63,912 nt of DNA from Fidelibacterota bacterium CG08_land_8_20_14_0_20_45_22. Lineage in GTDB: Bacteria > Fidelibacterota > UBA2242. The stretch is from contig PEYN01000191.1 in assembly GCA_002774355.1 (NCBI GenBank), forward strand, positions 1-63,912. Reading direction: 5' to 3'. The translations under genes were made by a program, and so were the position numbers. Below, piece after piece: positions 52,712-61,030 of this stretch (the stretch's first letter is position 1; each line of letters starts with the position of its first letter). The notes under the pieces are model-generated. The model was not told the origin of the DNA and made no database searches. It saw only the letters and a program-made list of their open reading frames with translations.

Positions 52712-53143
52712 TTAGCTAAATTTTATCTTCCTGACAAAATCCGCTGAAGACATCTTGCCATCGACATAAGCAAGAATGTCTTCCTTTACTGCAGTTGCCA
52801 TGATATTTTCAACGCTCTTGTATTCGACGTTCACGATAATATTTACTGTCTGAATATCTTCTCTCAAATACAACATCGCTTTCCCAGCGGCGTAAAAGCC
52901 AATCAGCATGATGCGGTCGAAATTGTTCCGGGCGCTGTTGATTGTTAAACTAAAATCCTTAGTGCCATTAGCCGTTTCGATCAAACTCATTCGGTTGTAA
53001 TCGACCTCTATCTGGTACGCTTTACAGATTTGCTGGACTGAGGAATAATATCTTGAATTTCCGAGCGCAACGCTTGAGACGAGGGTAAAAAGTACCGTGA
53101 TTGCCAGTAAAGCCGAAATTCTCTTTTTTTCTCTCAAAATCAT
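52712..53143 (-). CDS. small secreted/anchored protein, unknown function
   Basis: 143 aa with an N-terminal signal/anchor ISALLAITVLFTLVSSVALG. No motif recognised. Confidence 0.55.
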   Translation of the reverse strand: MILREKKRISALLAITVLFTLVSSVALGNSRYYSSVQQICKAYQIEVDYNRMSLIETANGTKDFSLTINSARNNFDRIMLIGFYAAGKAMLYLREDIQTVNIIVNVEYKSVENIMATAVKEDILAYVDGKMSSADFVRKIKFS

Positions 53144-53299
53144 TCCTCCGACTAAGTCTTCAAATCCTTGAGCAAATTTTAGAGAATTCTACTTTCTTTG
53201 TCAAATGAAATCTATAAATAATTGAAATATTTCTTTCTCCTCATATTACTTAATTGCCAAGTTTGTATTTCTTATCCAACAAATTCCCTAAATTTTCTA

Positions 53300-54115
53300 A
53301 TGATGGAATCTGATCTGGCTTTCGATGATTACTTTAATCACCTTGGACTGAAAGAAGGTTATCATCTACTCATCCATAGCAGTTTTCGTCAGATACGTTC
53401 TGCTTTTCATTCTTTAAATATCGAAACACTGATCGCAAACTTAAAATCCAAAATTACTCCAAACGGATCGATCATCATGCCCGCCTTTACTTATTGTTTC
53501 AAAAGGCGAAGTGGCGGTTACGATATTTTCGACCGTGAGCATACACCCGCCAAAACCGGCGCCGTTTCGGAATTTTTCCTCGACTCCGCTGAAGTCATTC
53601 GGACTAGCTCACCCACGCACTCATTCTCACTGTAGAGAAAAATAACTGGCGAAATCGGCGAAGATAATTCACCCTACCGCCCACTTGGAAACGGAAGCAT
53701 TCTCGAATGGTTGTCAAACCGATCCAATGCTTTTGTCCTTTTGCTGGGCGTTGATTTTTCTGCGATGTCCTTTTTCCACTACTTGGAAAACCGCGCTCCC
53801 GTTCCGTAGAGCGATTTTTCTCCATGGAAACATTTAGGCGTCGAACCGATCGGCGTTTCAATTCACGGTGAGCAGGTATTGCATGAAATACCCAGTTGCG
53901 CCAAATCCTTCGTCAATTATGAATCTTATCTTCGAGAAACCAGTCAAATTACTTACGTGAAGTCGGGAGATTCGACGTCTTCACTGATTCCTGTTTCTTT
54001 ACTGATGGAGACCGGATTACCGTTTTTCCGGGACAATTACCGCTATCTACTTTGTGACGAAAACACTTGCCCTACGTGTGACTCACGTCGTGTTGCCTTT
54101 TTATCCAACCGCTAA
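53300..54115 (+). pseudogene. AAC(3)/Antibiotic_NAT-family N-acetyltransferase interrupted by two in-frame TAG codons
   Basis: A single frame runs from ATG 53300 to TAA 54113-54115 (272 codons), with amber codons at 53633-53635 and 53807-53809. Family motifs are present: LLIHSSFRQI, GSIIMPAFTY and RTSSPTHSFSL*. By recalled family consensus, the TAGs sit at typical W/I and Y positions (HSFaa[W/I]G and vP[Y]R). The track splits the gene into ORFs 53222-53635 and 53879-54115. Confidence 0.7.
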
Positions 54116-54156
54116 ATAATCTCAGCAATCTAACCAGCCTGACGCATACACGCATC

Positions 54157-54185
54157 TTGCCTCAATCACTCCAGTGAAGTAATTT
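54157..54185 (+). promoter_or_regulatory. possible sigma-70 promoter of the kinase operon (would give a near-leaderless mRNA)
   Basis: TTGCCT (54157-54162), a 17-nt spacer, then TAATTT (54180-54185). The ATG lies only 6 nt downstream and no Shine-Dalgarno site is visible. Confidence 0.3.
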
Positions 54186-54191
54186 GCAATC

Positions 54192-55574
54192 ATGAAAAAA
54201 TTATCACATAAAATTGCCTTGTTTATCGGGTTACTAATTGCGTTGATTGTGATTCTTCTCTCGGTTCCGACTTACTGGCAGACTCACCAAACGATGGAAG
54301 AAGAACTTTCCCGAAACCTGAAAATAAATATCGTTCTTTTGCGGGAGCGATTGGACGTCGCACTTATCGGTTTTCTTAACCGTTATCCGGAATCGAACGT
54401 CGCCCGAGATTCCATCCGACAAATGTTAGAAACAAACCTATCAAAGGTTTCAGCCAGTTCCATTTATCTGATTCGGACAGACACTTCTTTGCTTATCTCA
54501 ACGGGAAAAGAAGAAGTCGGCGTCAAATCCCTGATGTTGCATTCCAATGAAATCTCCCGCACTTTCCGGGGTGAAATCGTATGCTCGCCGCTTTTCTCCG
54601 ATGACAATGGAAACTATTATAAATCGACCTTCAGCCAGCTTCACCTACCGGATGGTTCCATTGTCATTGTAGCAATTGACGCCAACGCGACATTTCTTCA
54701 GGACGTCGCCAAATTGAAAAGCCAGATGATTTGGAGTGGATTGACAATTCTCCTACTGGGAATTTTCATCTCGATTCTAGCTTCTCGTAATTTGACAAAA
54801 CCGCTCGGACTTTTAACAAAATATGCCGAGGAAATCGGAAAAGGACGCAACCATCCGTTAAATTTAAAAAGCCGAAGTGATGAGATCGGTTTTCTAGGCA
54901 AAACGATGCAAAAAATGCAGACGGAAATCGATCTTCGAGAAAAAGAGAATAAACAACTTTTAGCGTCAGTCGCCCACGAGATTCGCAATCCGCTCGGCGG
55001 TATGAAAATCAATGCCGAATTGTTAATAGAAGAATCTCAAAACGCGCCTGAGTTGGCAGAATTTGCAAACGCAATTTTCCGGGAAGTGAATCGTCTTTCA
55101 GAAATCGTTGACGCTTTTCTTGCTTATGCGCGACCCGTTGAAAGCAATCTGGTCAAAAGCGATATTCGGAATTTGCTAACAGAAAGCATCAGTGAAATAC
55201 GCCAGTTTTTTCCAAACCATACATTCGTCGTGGATGGCGAAGGTAGTCTTTGCGTTCATCCGGGAAAAATTCAACGCGCCTTCACCAATTGTCTGCGAAA
55301 TGCCGCTGACGCATCCAGCGAATCCAATCCAATCCAAATCAAAATCCATCAAATTGGCGATGAATTGACTATCTCATTTTTCAATCAGGGCAATCCAATC
55401 CCAGAAAAAATCCAGCCTCAGATTTTTGACGCTTTCTTCAGCACCAAATCAAGCGGCATCGGCCTAGGGCTATCGATTGCCAAATCCATCGTCGAAGAAC
55501 ATGGCGGTTTCATCCGACTCGCGCTTTCGGATGAAAGCGGCACGGAATTTGTCATCACCTTACCGGAGCAATAA
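54192..55574 (+). CDS. sensor histidine kinase with periplasmic sensor domain
   Basis: 460 aa with two TM segments flanking a ~150-aa extracytoplasmic domain. It has a HAMP-like linker, H-box SVAHEIRNPLGG, N-box CLRNAADA and G-box STKSSGIGLGLSIA. Confidence 0.9.
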   Translation: MKKLSHKIALFIGLLIALIVILLSVPTYWQTHQTMEEELSRNLKINIVLLRERLDVALIGFLNRYPESNVARDSIRQMLETNLSKVSASSIYLIRTDTSLLISTGKEEVGVKSLMLHSNEISRTFRGEIVCSPLFSDDNGNYYKSTFSQLHLPDGSIVIVAIDANATFLQDVAKLKSQMIWSGLTILLLGIFISILASRNLTKPLGLLTKYAEEIGKGRNHPLNLKSRSDEIGFLGKTMQKMQTEIDLREKENKQLLASVAHEIRNPLGGMKINAELLIEESQNAPELAEFANAIFREVNRLSEIVDAFLAYARPVESNLVKSDIRNLLTESISEIRQFFPNHTFVVDGEGSLCVHPGKIQRAFTNCLRNAADASSESNPIQIKIHQIGDELTISFFNQGNPIPEKIQPQIFDAFFSTKSSGIGLGLSIAKSIVEEHGGFIRLALSDESGTEFVITLPEQ

Positions 55575-56942
55575 ATGAACGAACCGAAGAAAAATTTCAG
55601 AATCCTAATTGTCGAAGACAACCAATCTCTACGCGACGGCATGACCGCATTTCTGAAAAAAGACGGATTCGACACAGTTTCTGCGGAAGACGGTAAGAAA
55701 GGACTCAATCTATTTTCATCATCACAATTTCATCTGGTTATCACTGACATTAGGATGCCGGAACTTGATGGCATCGAACTGTTCAAGGCGATCAAGAGCC
55801 TGCGACCTGCGACCGAAGTTATCTTAATCACGGCTTATGCTTCCGTCGATATCGCCGTCGAGACGATGAAATACGGCGCAGAAGATTTTATCACCAAGCC
55901 ATTCTCCATCGCCGAGCTCCGGAAAAAAGTCGAAATGATTTACAACCGGTTTTCGACTCGACAACAGATCGAATCTTCATCGGTCGAAACGCCTTTGCTC
56001 ATCGGCCAATCGCCGGCTATTGAAAAAATCCGTGCGGTGATCGAAAAAGTCGCCAAAGTCAACAGTCCGATTCTCATCACTGGCGAGAGCGGCACGGGAA
56101 AGGAACTCGTCGCGTGGACGATTCACCAACAGAGTTTCTGTCATCATGGACCATTCGTCGCTGTGAACTGCGGAGCGTTGAATGAAAACCTTCTTGAAAG
56201 CGAACTATTCGGTCATGAAAAAGGTTCTTTTACCGGCGCCGTCAAAACACATGTGGGCAAATTCGAGATCAGCAACGGCGGAACGCTTTTCCTCGATGAA
56301 ATTGGCGAAATGTCTCCAGCTCTTCAGGTCAAAGTTCTTCGCGTGCTTCAAACAAAACAGTTCCATCGCGTCGGCGGCGAAAACCCGATTTCCAGCGATT
56401 TCCGGCTCATTGCCGCAACGAACAAAGACTTACAAGCGGCGATTCGGGACGAATCCTTCCGGAGCGATCTCTTCTATCGTATCAACGTTATTCCTATCTT
56501 TATTCCGCCACTAAGAGAACGAAAGGAAGACATCCCACTATTGATAGACTTTATCATTCGGAATAAGTCTGAAAAACTCGGTAGAAAAACACCGGCTATC
56601 GATACCAGCGTCATTCGGAAACTCACACATTATTCCTGGCATGGAAACATTCGTGAATTGGAAAATTTTCTCGAACGTGCGCTCATTTTTATCGAAGAAA
56701 ATCGGTTCAGCGATGATCTGTTCGCCTTCACCGATCTCGGCGAATCGGAGAATGGACACGCGTCCCAACCTGACGGAAATCTGGTTCAATCCGTCGAAAA
56801 GATCGAGCGGGAAATGATCGTCAACGCATTGCGCGCTTCCAAAGGCGTCAAACAACACGCCGCCGATGCGCTGAACATTAAAACCGGCGCTCTTTATTAC
56901 AAGATCGACAAATACGGAATCGAAGAGAGCGAGTATTTATAA
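55575..56942 (+). CDS. sigma-54-dependent response regulator (NtrC family enhancer-binding protein)
   Basis: 455 aa. Receiver domain ([13 protein letters not shown]), AAA+ Walker A GESGTGKE and sigma-54 contact loop GSFTGA (a one-residue variant of GAFTGA). It also has LFLDEIGE and a C-terminal Fis-type HTH. The ATG directly abuts the kinase stop codon. Confidence 0.92.
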   Translation: MNEPKKNFRILIVEDNQSLRDGMTAFLKKDGFDTVSAEDGKKGLNLFSSSQFHLVITDIRMPELDGIELFKAIKSLRPATEVILITAYASVDIAVETMKYGAEDFITKPFSIAELRKKVEMIYNRFSTRQQIESSSVETPLLIGQSPAIEKIRAVIEKVAKVNSPILITGESGTGKELVAWTIHQQSFCHHGPFVAVNCGALNENLLESELFGHEKGSFTGAVKTHVGKFEISNGGTLFLDEIGEMSPALQVKVLRVLQTKQFHRVGGENPISSDFRLIAATNKDLQAAIRDESFRSDLFYRINVIPIFIPPLRERKEDIPLLIDFIIRNKSEKLGRKTPAIDTSVIRKLTHYSWHGNIRELENFLERALIFIEENRFSDDLFAFTDLGESENGHASQPDGNLVQSVEKIEREMIVNALRASKGVKQHAADALNIKTGALYYKIDKYGIEESEYL

Positions 56943-56943
56943 A

Positions 56944-57963
56944 ATGAGAAAATGGTTCGGCATCCTTCAGCGAAAAATGAAATTTCATGGTTGGATTACC
57001 TGCATGATGCTTTGGTTATTCAGTTCCGCATCCGCAGGCCAATCTCTTTCGGATTATCACAACGCAATTTCCGCCGACATCTCTGAAATCGCCTTGTTTG
57101 TTCAGAAAGAAAAAAAACTTTTGACAGAACAGACCGAAATCGAAAAATCTATTTCATCCCTGAGACAAGAAAGAAATCCCGACTGGATGAACCGACGGAA
57201 AATCACAAAACTCACGGAGAAAAAAGCAAAAATCAGCGACCAGTTGATGATCGCTTACAAGCAATCAGCGGGGAAAAAGGCAAGCGCGAACCGGATTTTC
57301 AACGCATATTATCCGCTGATTTCGTCGAAAATCGACTCCGTTATTGATCTTTTGGAAAATATAACCGAACCGCCACGCCGTACAAATGCGATTTTGACTC
57401 TTTTAGAACTCAGAGACCGCCGAGACTGGCTCCTACAAAATCAACGTTATTTTGCACCTGCGGGGATTATAATCCTGCCCCGCAAGGATGATATTCTCGA
57501 ATTCATTAAAAATCCATCTCAGCAGGCGATGCTGAGAACCGAACTTATCAGGATTCTGCGCGAAAAAGTTGATCAGATCGACCTGATCATTGCCGCCGCC
57601 AAAGAAGAAGAACTCCTTAGAAAACGGATGGCGCAATTCGCATCGGAAATGACCGCTTTTTCCGGCGAGATCAATCCTGCTAATTCCCGCAGTTACCAGA
57701 CGACACTTACCGAACGCGATTTAAAAATCACAGACGAAGACGCAACTTACGGAAACGTCGTTCCAACCAATTTAGGCCTCGAAGAAACCTGGACGACGCG
57801 CACAGTTCAGACTGAATTTCCGATGACGTTGAACAGCGAAGATTATCTGCATATTGTCCAGCCAATACCGTCTAAAAACATGCGCTCGTACATCAGTCAG
57901 ATGGATTCCATCAAGACCTATTACCTAAAGCAAATCGCCGAACTCGAACAGAGGAAACGGTAA
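56944..57963 (+). CDS. secreted alpha-helical/coiled-coil protein, unknown function
   Basis: 339 aa with signal peptide ...WLFSSASA/GQ. The body is highly charged and helical (KEKKLLTEQTEIEKSISSLRQ..., AAAKEEELLRKRMAQF). It starts 1 nt after the regulator's stop codon. Confidence 0.65.
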   Translation: MRKWFGILQRKMKFHGWITCMMLWLFSSASAGQSLSDYHNAISADISEIALFVQKEKKLLTEQTEIEKSISSLRQERNPDWMNRRKITKLTEKKAKISDQLMIAYKQSAGKKASANRIFNAYYPLISSKIDSVIDLLENITEPPRRTNAILTLLELRDRRDWLLQNQRYFAPAGIIILPRKDDILEFIKNPSQQAMLRTELIRILREKVDQIDLIIAAAKEEELLRKRMAQFASEMTAFSGEINPANSRSYQTTLTERDLKITDEDATYGNVVPTNLGLEETWTTRTVQTEFPMTLNSEDYLHIVQPIPSKNMRSYISQMDSIKTYYLKQIAELEQRKR

Positions 57964-58056
57964 CATCAAATTTCACGACCCGCCGCTTCTCCAAACTATA
58001 GAAAATAGTCACTTTTCCCTTTTTCCATTTTAGTTTTCCATGTATTTTCTCCACTG

Positions 58057-59124
58057 ATGAAGAACAGAAAAACCGCCGGACTCGGGATATTCCTGAAAAT
58101 CCTTTGCGCTACGTTTTGGGTCAGTTCACTTTTACAAGCGGCGACCGAGCAAACATTCTCATCGTACGTCAAAGCAGAAGTTTTAATGGAGAACAACATC
58201 TTCGAGTCGGATTCCAATCGCATCGACGACAATGCCGGTCAGTTCTGGTGCGGCATTCTCGCTAATCAATCCACCGACCGATCTAACCGACGAATCAGTC
58301 TCATCGGCAATTATTCCGCTTATTTCAAAAATCCCGAAGAAAACAAACTTATCACGACCGGCAATTGGCTATATTATCTTGCACTTTCTCCCAAAATTTT
58401 CTTCAAATCGCAGGCGAATCTCCTGACCAAGTGGTGGCAAAACGCGCCAAACGCTTACTCAGATGTTGATTTTTCCGCGAATGTCGGAACCAGATTCGGA
58501 AAATCCGTTACTCAAATTGGCATTTATTACCGGAATGACTGGTTTCGCTATGCTCAACGGTTCAATTCAACACAAATCGGCATAGTTAGTGAGTTACAAT
58601 TCCAACCGGCAAAGACTTGGACGCTTTCTAGTAAATCTTCTATCCTGAAAATCGATTACCCTAATCGGCAGGTTTATCACGAACCCGATACAAGTTCGAG
58701 AATACACAAACTCCAGCAAGACGTCGTTCTGTTCGGTCAAATCGGATTTGAACACCGAAAAATTTGGATCGCGGGCGGAAGTCTCCGATTCTCTTATCTC
58801 AATTCCAACAGCCAATATTCCTCATTTGCCAACGCCTCGATACGAGTTTATGCGACGCGAAAAATCAGGCGTCTGCTTTTACAGGCAATCGCCGAATTTC
58901 AACTCAAACGTTACTTGGATGATCCCTCCGAAAAAGCCATTTATTATAATCCCGATCCTGAACAAAACGTCCAGAACCAAATTTTCCTTGGGTGGGAAAA
59001 CGAACTATCCGGCGGGCTGTCATTGGCCGGCAAGTTCGCCTTTTTCCGGAACGAGACGCAGTACAGCGGCATCTATTACAACAAATGGTTCGCGTCCGTC
59101 GGCTTGCAATATCGGTTCGAATAA
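58057..59124 (+). CDS. putative outer-membrane beta-barrel protein, unknown family
   Basis: 355 aa with signal peptide ...SSLLQA/AT. Repeated amphipathic strands are seen (ISLIGNYSAYF, WLYYLALSP, IGIYYRNDWF, LSLAGKFAFFRN), with aromatic-rich C-terminal strands ASVGLQYRFE. Confidence 0.55.
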   Translation: MKNRKTAGLGIFLKILCATFWVSSLLQAATEQTFSSYVKAEVLMENNIFESDSNRIDDNAGQFWCGILANQSTDRSNRRISLIGNYSAYFKNPEENKLITTGNWLYYLALSPKIFFKSQANLLTKWWQNAPNAYSDVDFSANVGTRFGKSVTQIGIYYRNDWFRYAQRFNSTQIGIVSELQFQPAKTWTLSSKSSILKIDYPNRQVYHEPDTSSRIHKLQQDVVLFGQIGFEHRKIWIAGGSLRFSYLNSNSQYSSFANASIRVYATRKIRRLLLQAIAEFQLKRYLDDPSEKAIYYNPDPEQNVQNQIFLGWENELSGGLSLAGKFAFFRNETQYSGIYYNKWFASVGLQYRFE

Positions 59125-59134
59125 TCCCCGAATC

Positions 59135-59174
59135 CTCAGAAATCTGAGACTCACCGTCAGGATTCTGAGTTTTT
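59135..59174 (+). terminator. hairpin plus T5 after the barrel gene (alternatively two enhancer-type palindromes)
   Basis: CTCAGAAATC...GATTCTGAG pair (7 bp, a bulge, then 2-3 bp), followed by TTTTT at 59170-59174. Confidence 0.45.
59136..59168 (+). promoter_or_regulatory. two 12-nt palindromes TCAGAAATCTGA / TCAGGATTCTGA spaced 21 nt centre to centre: candidate enhancer-binding-protein sites
   Basis: The palindromes lie at 59136-59147 (perfect 5+2+5) and 59157-59168 (one arm mismatch). Their centres are about 72 and 51 nt upstream of the candidate -24 GG. A third half-site, ATTCTGAG, recurs at 59260-59267. Confidence 0.35.
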
Positions 59175-59211
59175 CCGGCAAATCAAACAACCTCACTCGA
59201 CTGAAATCGCT

Positions 59212-59226
59212 TGGAACGATATTTGT
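59212..59226 (+). promoter_or_regulatory. candidate sigma-54 (-24/-12) promoter of the lipoprotein-serpin operon
   Basis: TGGAACG-ATAT-TTGT compared with the consensus TGGCACG-N4-TTGC. The GG-to-G spacing is exact. There are two mismatches, and one affects the conserved -12 C. The site lies 50 nt upstream of ATG 59276. Confidence 0.35.
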
Positions 59227-59275
59227 CTTTATTCCTCCGGACGATTGAAAAGTTGCAATATTCTGAGTTGATGAA

Positions 59276-59725
59276 ATGAAAATTTTGATGGGAAAAACTT
59301 CCAAAACGGCAAAAACATTGATCGTTTTTCTGGTCGCGATTTTACTGGCGGCATGCATTCTAGAACCGGAAGAAGAATCCTATCTGGATATCGATGAAAT
59401 CGTCGAACTCAAATTGGGCGAACGCAAGATCGGTCAACCGTCAGGATTGGAGGTCGGCTTCGAGAAGCTCATTTCCGATAGCCGGTGTCCGATCGGCATC
59501 CTGTGTTTCTGGCAGGGAATGGCGGAAATTCAGATTTCATTAAAAATACCGGATAAGACACGCTACTATTTTACTCTTGATTCTTACAACCACACAACCG
59601 TCGATACACTCGGGCTTCACATGGAATTTTTACAGTTGGACCCTTACCCGATATTTTCCGAGGAATACGACACGTTGAAACTTGTCGTGACGCTAAAAAT
59701 ATCACGACCAATTCTAGAACTATGA
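59276..59725 (+). CDS. small lipoprotein with conserved-looking Cys motif, unknown function
   Basis: 149 aa with a perfect lipobox LLAAC followed by an acidic stretch ILEPEEESYLDIDE. The motif DSRCPIGILCFWQGMAEI has a Cys pair, and the body is beta-rich. Confidence 0.65.
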   Translation: MKILMGKTSKTAKTLIVFLVAILLAACILEPEEESYLDIDEIVELKLGERKIGQPSGLEVGFEKLISDSRCPIGILCFWQGMAEIQISLKIPDKTRYYFTLDSYNHTTVDTLGLHMEFLQLDPYPIFSEEYDTLKLVVTLKISRPILEL

Positions 59726-59762
59726 AAATATTCGTTAAAAACGGACAGAAAAAGGAAACACT

Positions 59763-61007
59763 ATGAAAACGAAAACAATTCTCACTCTCTCGATTCTCTC
59801 ACTCGTTTATCTGTGGAGTTGCGATGATTCGACGAATCCGATCGATGATAACTGGAAACTCAAACGCGATCTGACGGTTGCGGAGGTTAAAATTACTGAA
59901 GTCGATAATAAGTTCGGACTGAAACTCTTCAGGGAAATATCCAAGAATCAATCAGATTCCAACATCTTCATTTCGCCACTAAGCGTAACGATGGCGCTCG
60001 GCATGACCTTTAATGGCGCGGCGGGTGAAACGCAAACTGCTATGCGGAATACGCTCGAATACGGCGACCTTTCAATCGACGAAATCAACCAATCTTACTA
60101 TGGATTGATCGATCTGCTGACTTCCGCAGATTCTAAAGTCAACTTCCAGATTGCCAACTCCATCTGGTATCGGAACACATTTTCAGTGCTGGCAGATTTC
60201 ATCAATGTGAATAAAAAATATTTCGATGCCGAGGTATCAGCATTGGATTTCGATCGAAGCGACGCGGCGGACATTATCAATTCCTGGGTCAATGAAAAAA
60301 CCAACGGCAAGATCAAGGAAATCGTGCCAAAACCCATTTCATCCGAGATGGTGATGTACCTGATCAATGCCATTTATTTCAAAGGCAGTTGGACTTACGA
60401 ATTTTCTAAAGACCGCACAACCGACGAACCGTTCTTCTTATCTTCTGGTAATTCGAAGACTTGTAAGATGATGAGTCACAAGAGCGAGCATCCATATTTC
60501 CAGAATGAACAGGTTCAGGCAATCGATCTGGCTTACGGTAATGCCGGATTCAGCATGACCATTTTCTTGCCCGCTATCGGATCAAACGTCAACACGTTAA
60601 TTGAATCGCTGAACAACGACTCATGGAACGATTGGCTCTCACAGTTCGATACCGCCGAAGTTTCACTCTTCATGCCAAAATTCAAGTTGTCTTATAATCT
60701 AAAAATGAATGATGTTCTTTCAACGCTTGGAATGGAAACCGCCTTCGTTCCGGGGCTGGCGGATTTTACCAAAATCAATGCTAACGGTGAGCTTTATATC
60801 AGCGAAGTCATGCATAAAACGTTCGTCGATGTCAACGAAGAAGGCACTGAAGCCGCCGCAGTGACAGCAGTCGGGGTCGGATGTACGAGCGTCGGTCCCG
60901 AGTCGCCGGTCATGCGAATCGACCGGCCGTTTGTCTTCGCGATCCGCGAAAGACAGTCCGGAACGATACTATTCATCGGAAAAATCATGGAACCCATCAT
61001 CGAATGA
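59763..61007 (+). CDS. serpin (inhibitory-type hinge), predicted lipoprotein: copy A
   Basis: 414 aa with a signal peptide and LWSC/DDSTNP. Serpin core motifs are present (NIFISPLSVTMALGM, FKGSW). The hinge NEEGTEAAAVTA and reactive centre loop (RCL) occupy nt 60843-60923, followed by RPFVFAIRE. Confidence 0.9.
   Translation: MKTKTILTLSILSLVYLWSCDDSTNPIDDNWKLKRDLTVAEVKITEVDNKFGLKLFREISKNQSDSNIFISPLSVTMALGMTFNGAAGETQTAMRNTLEYGDLSIDEINQSYYGLIDLLTSADSKVNFQIANSIWYRNTFSVLADFINVNKKYFDAEVSALDFDRSDAADIINSWVNEKTNGKIKEIVPKPISSEMVMYLINAIYFKGSWTYEFSKDRTTDEPFFLSSGNSKTCKMMSHKSEHPYFQNEQVQAIDLAYGNAGFSMTIFLPAIGSNVNTLIESLNNDSWNDWLSQFDTAEVSLFMPKFKLSYNLKMNDVLSTLGMETAFVPGLADFTKINANGELYISEVMHKTFVDVNEEGTEAAAVTAVGVGCTSVGPESPVMRIDRPFVFAIRERQSGTILFIGKIMEPIIE
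60960..60985 (+). repeat. 26-nt stretch identical between the two serpin genes (copy A)
   Basis: GGAACGATACTATTCATCGGAAAAAT encodes GTILFIGKI. The identical string occurs at 62228-62253. Confidence 0.9.
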
Positions 61008-61030
61008 GGATTAAAGAAAGAGGATTAAAG

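Noticed and set aside
51012-53299. Gene-orientation switch from minus-strand genes on the left to plus-strand genes on the right, considered as a replication origin. I also considered the two TTATCCAAC 9-mers (53272 and 54102) as DnaA boxes.
   Set aside because: There is no dnaA or dnaN and no cluster of consensus TTATCCACA boxes or an AT-rich unwinding element. The switch is interrupted by three minus-strand genes (52075-53143). Two copies of an imperfect 9-mer are compatible with chance.
53633-53809. Genome-wide TAG reassignment or pyrrolysine as an explanation for the two in-frame TAGs
   Set aside because: TAG terminates at least three well-supported genes in this window (stops at 19767-19769, 23503-23505 and 62276-62278). 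No other conserved gene here carries an internal TAG, and no pyl genes are seen. Local nonsense mutations are the simpler explanation.
59239-59256. Second possible sigma-54 -12 element, TTGCA, at 59253-59257
   Set aside because: The nearest upstream GG (59239-59240) is 4 nt too far away for the invariant GG-N10-GC spacing, so this is not a valid -24/-12 pair.
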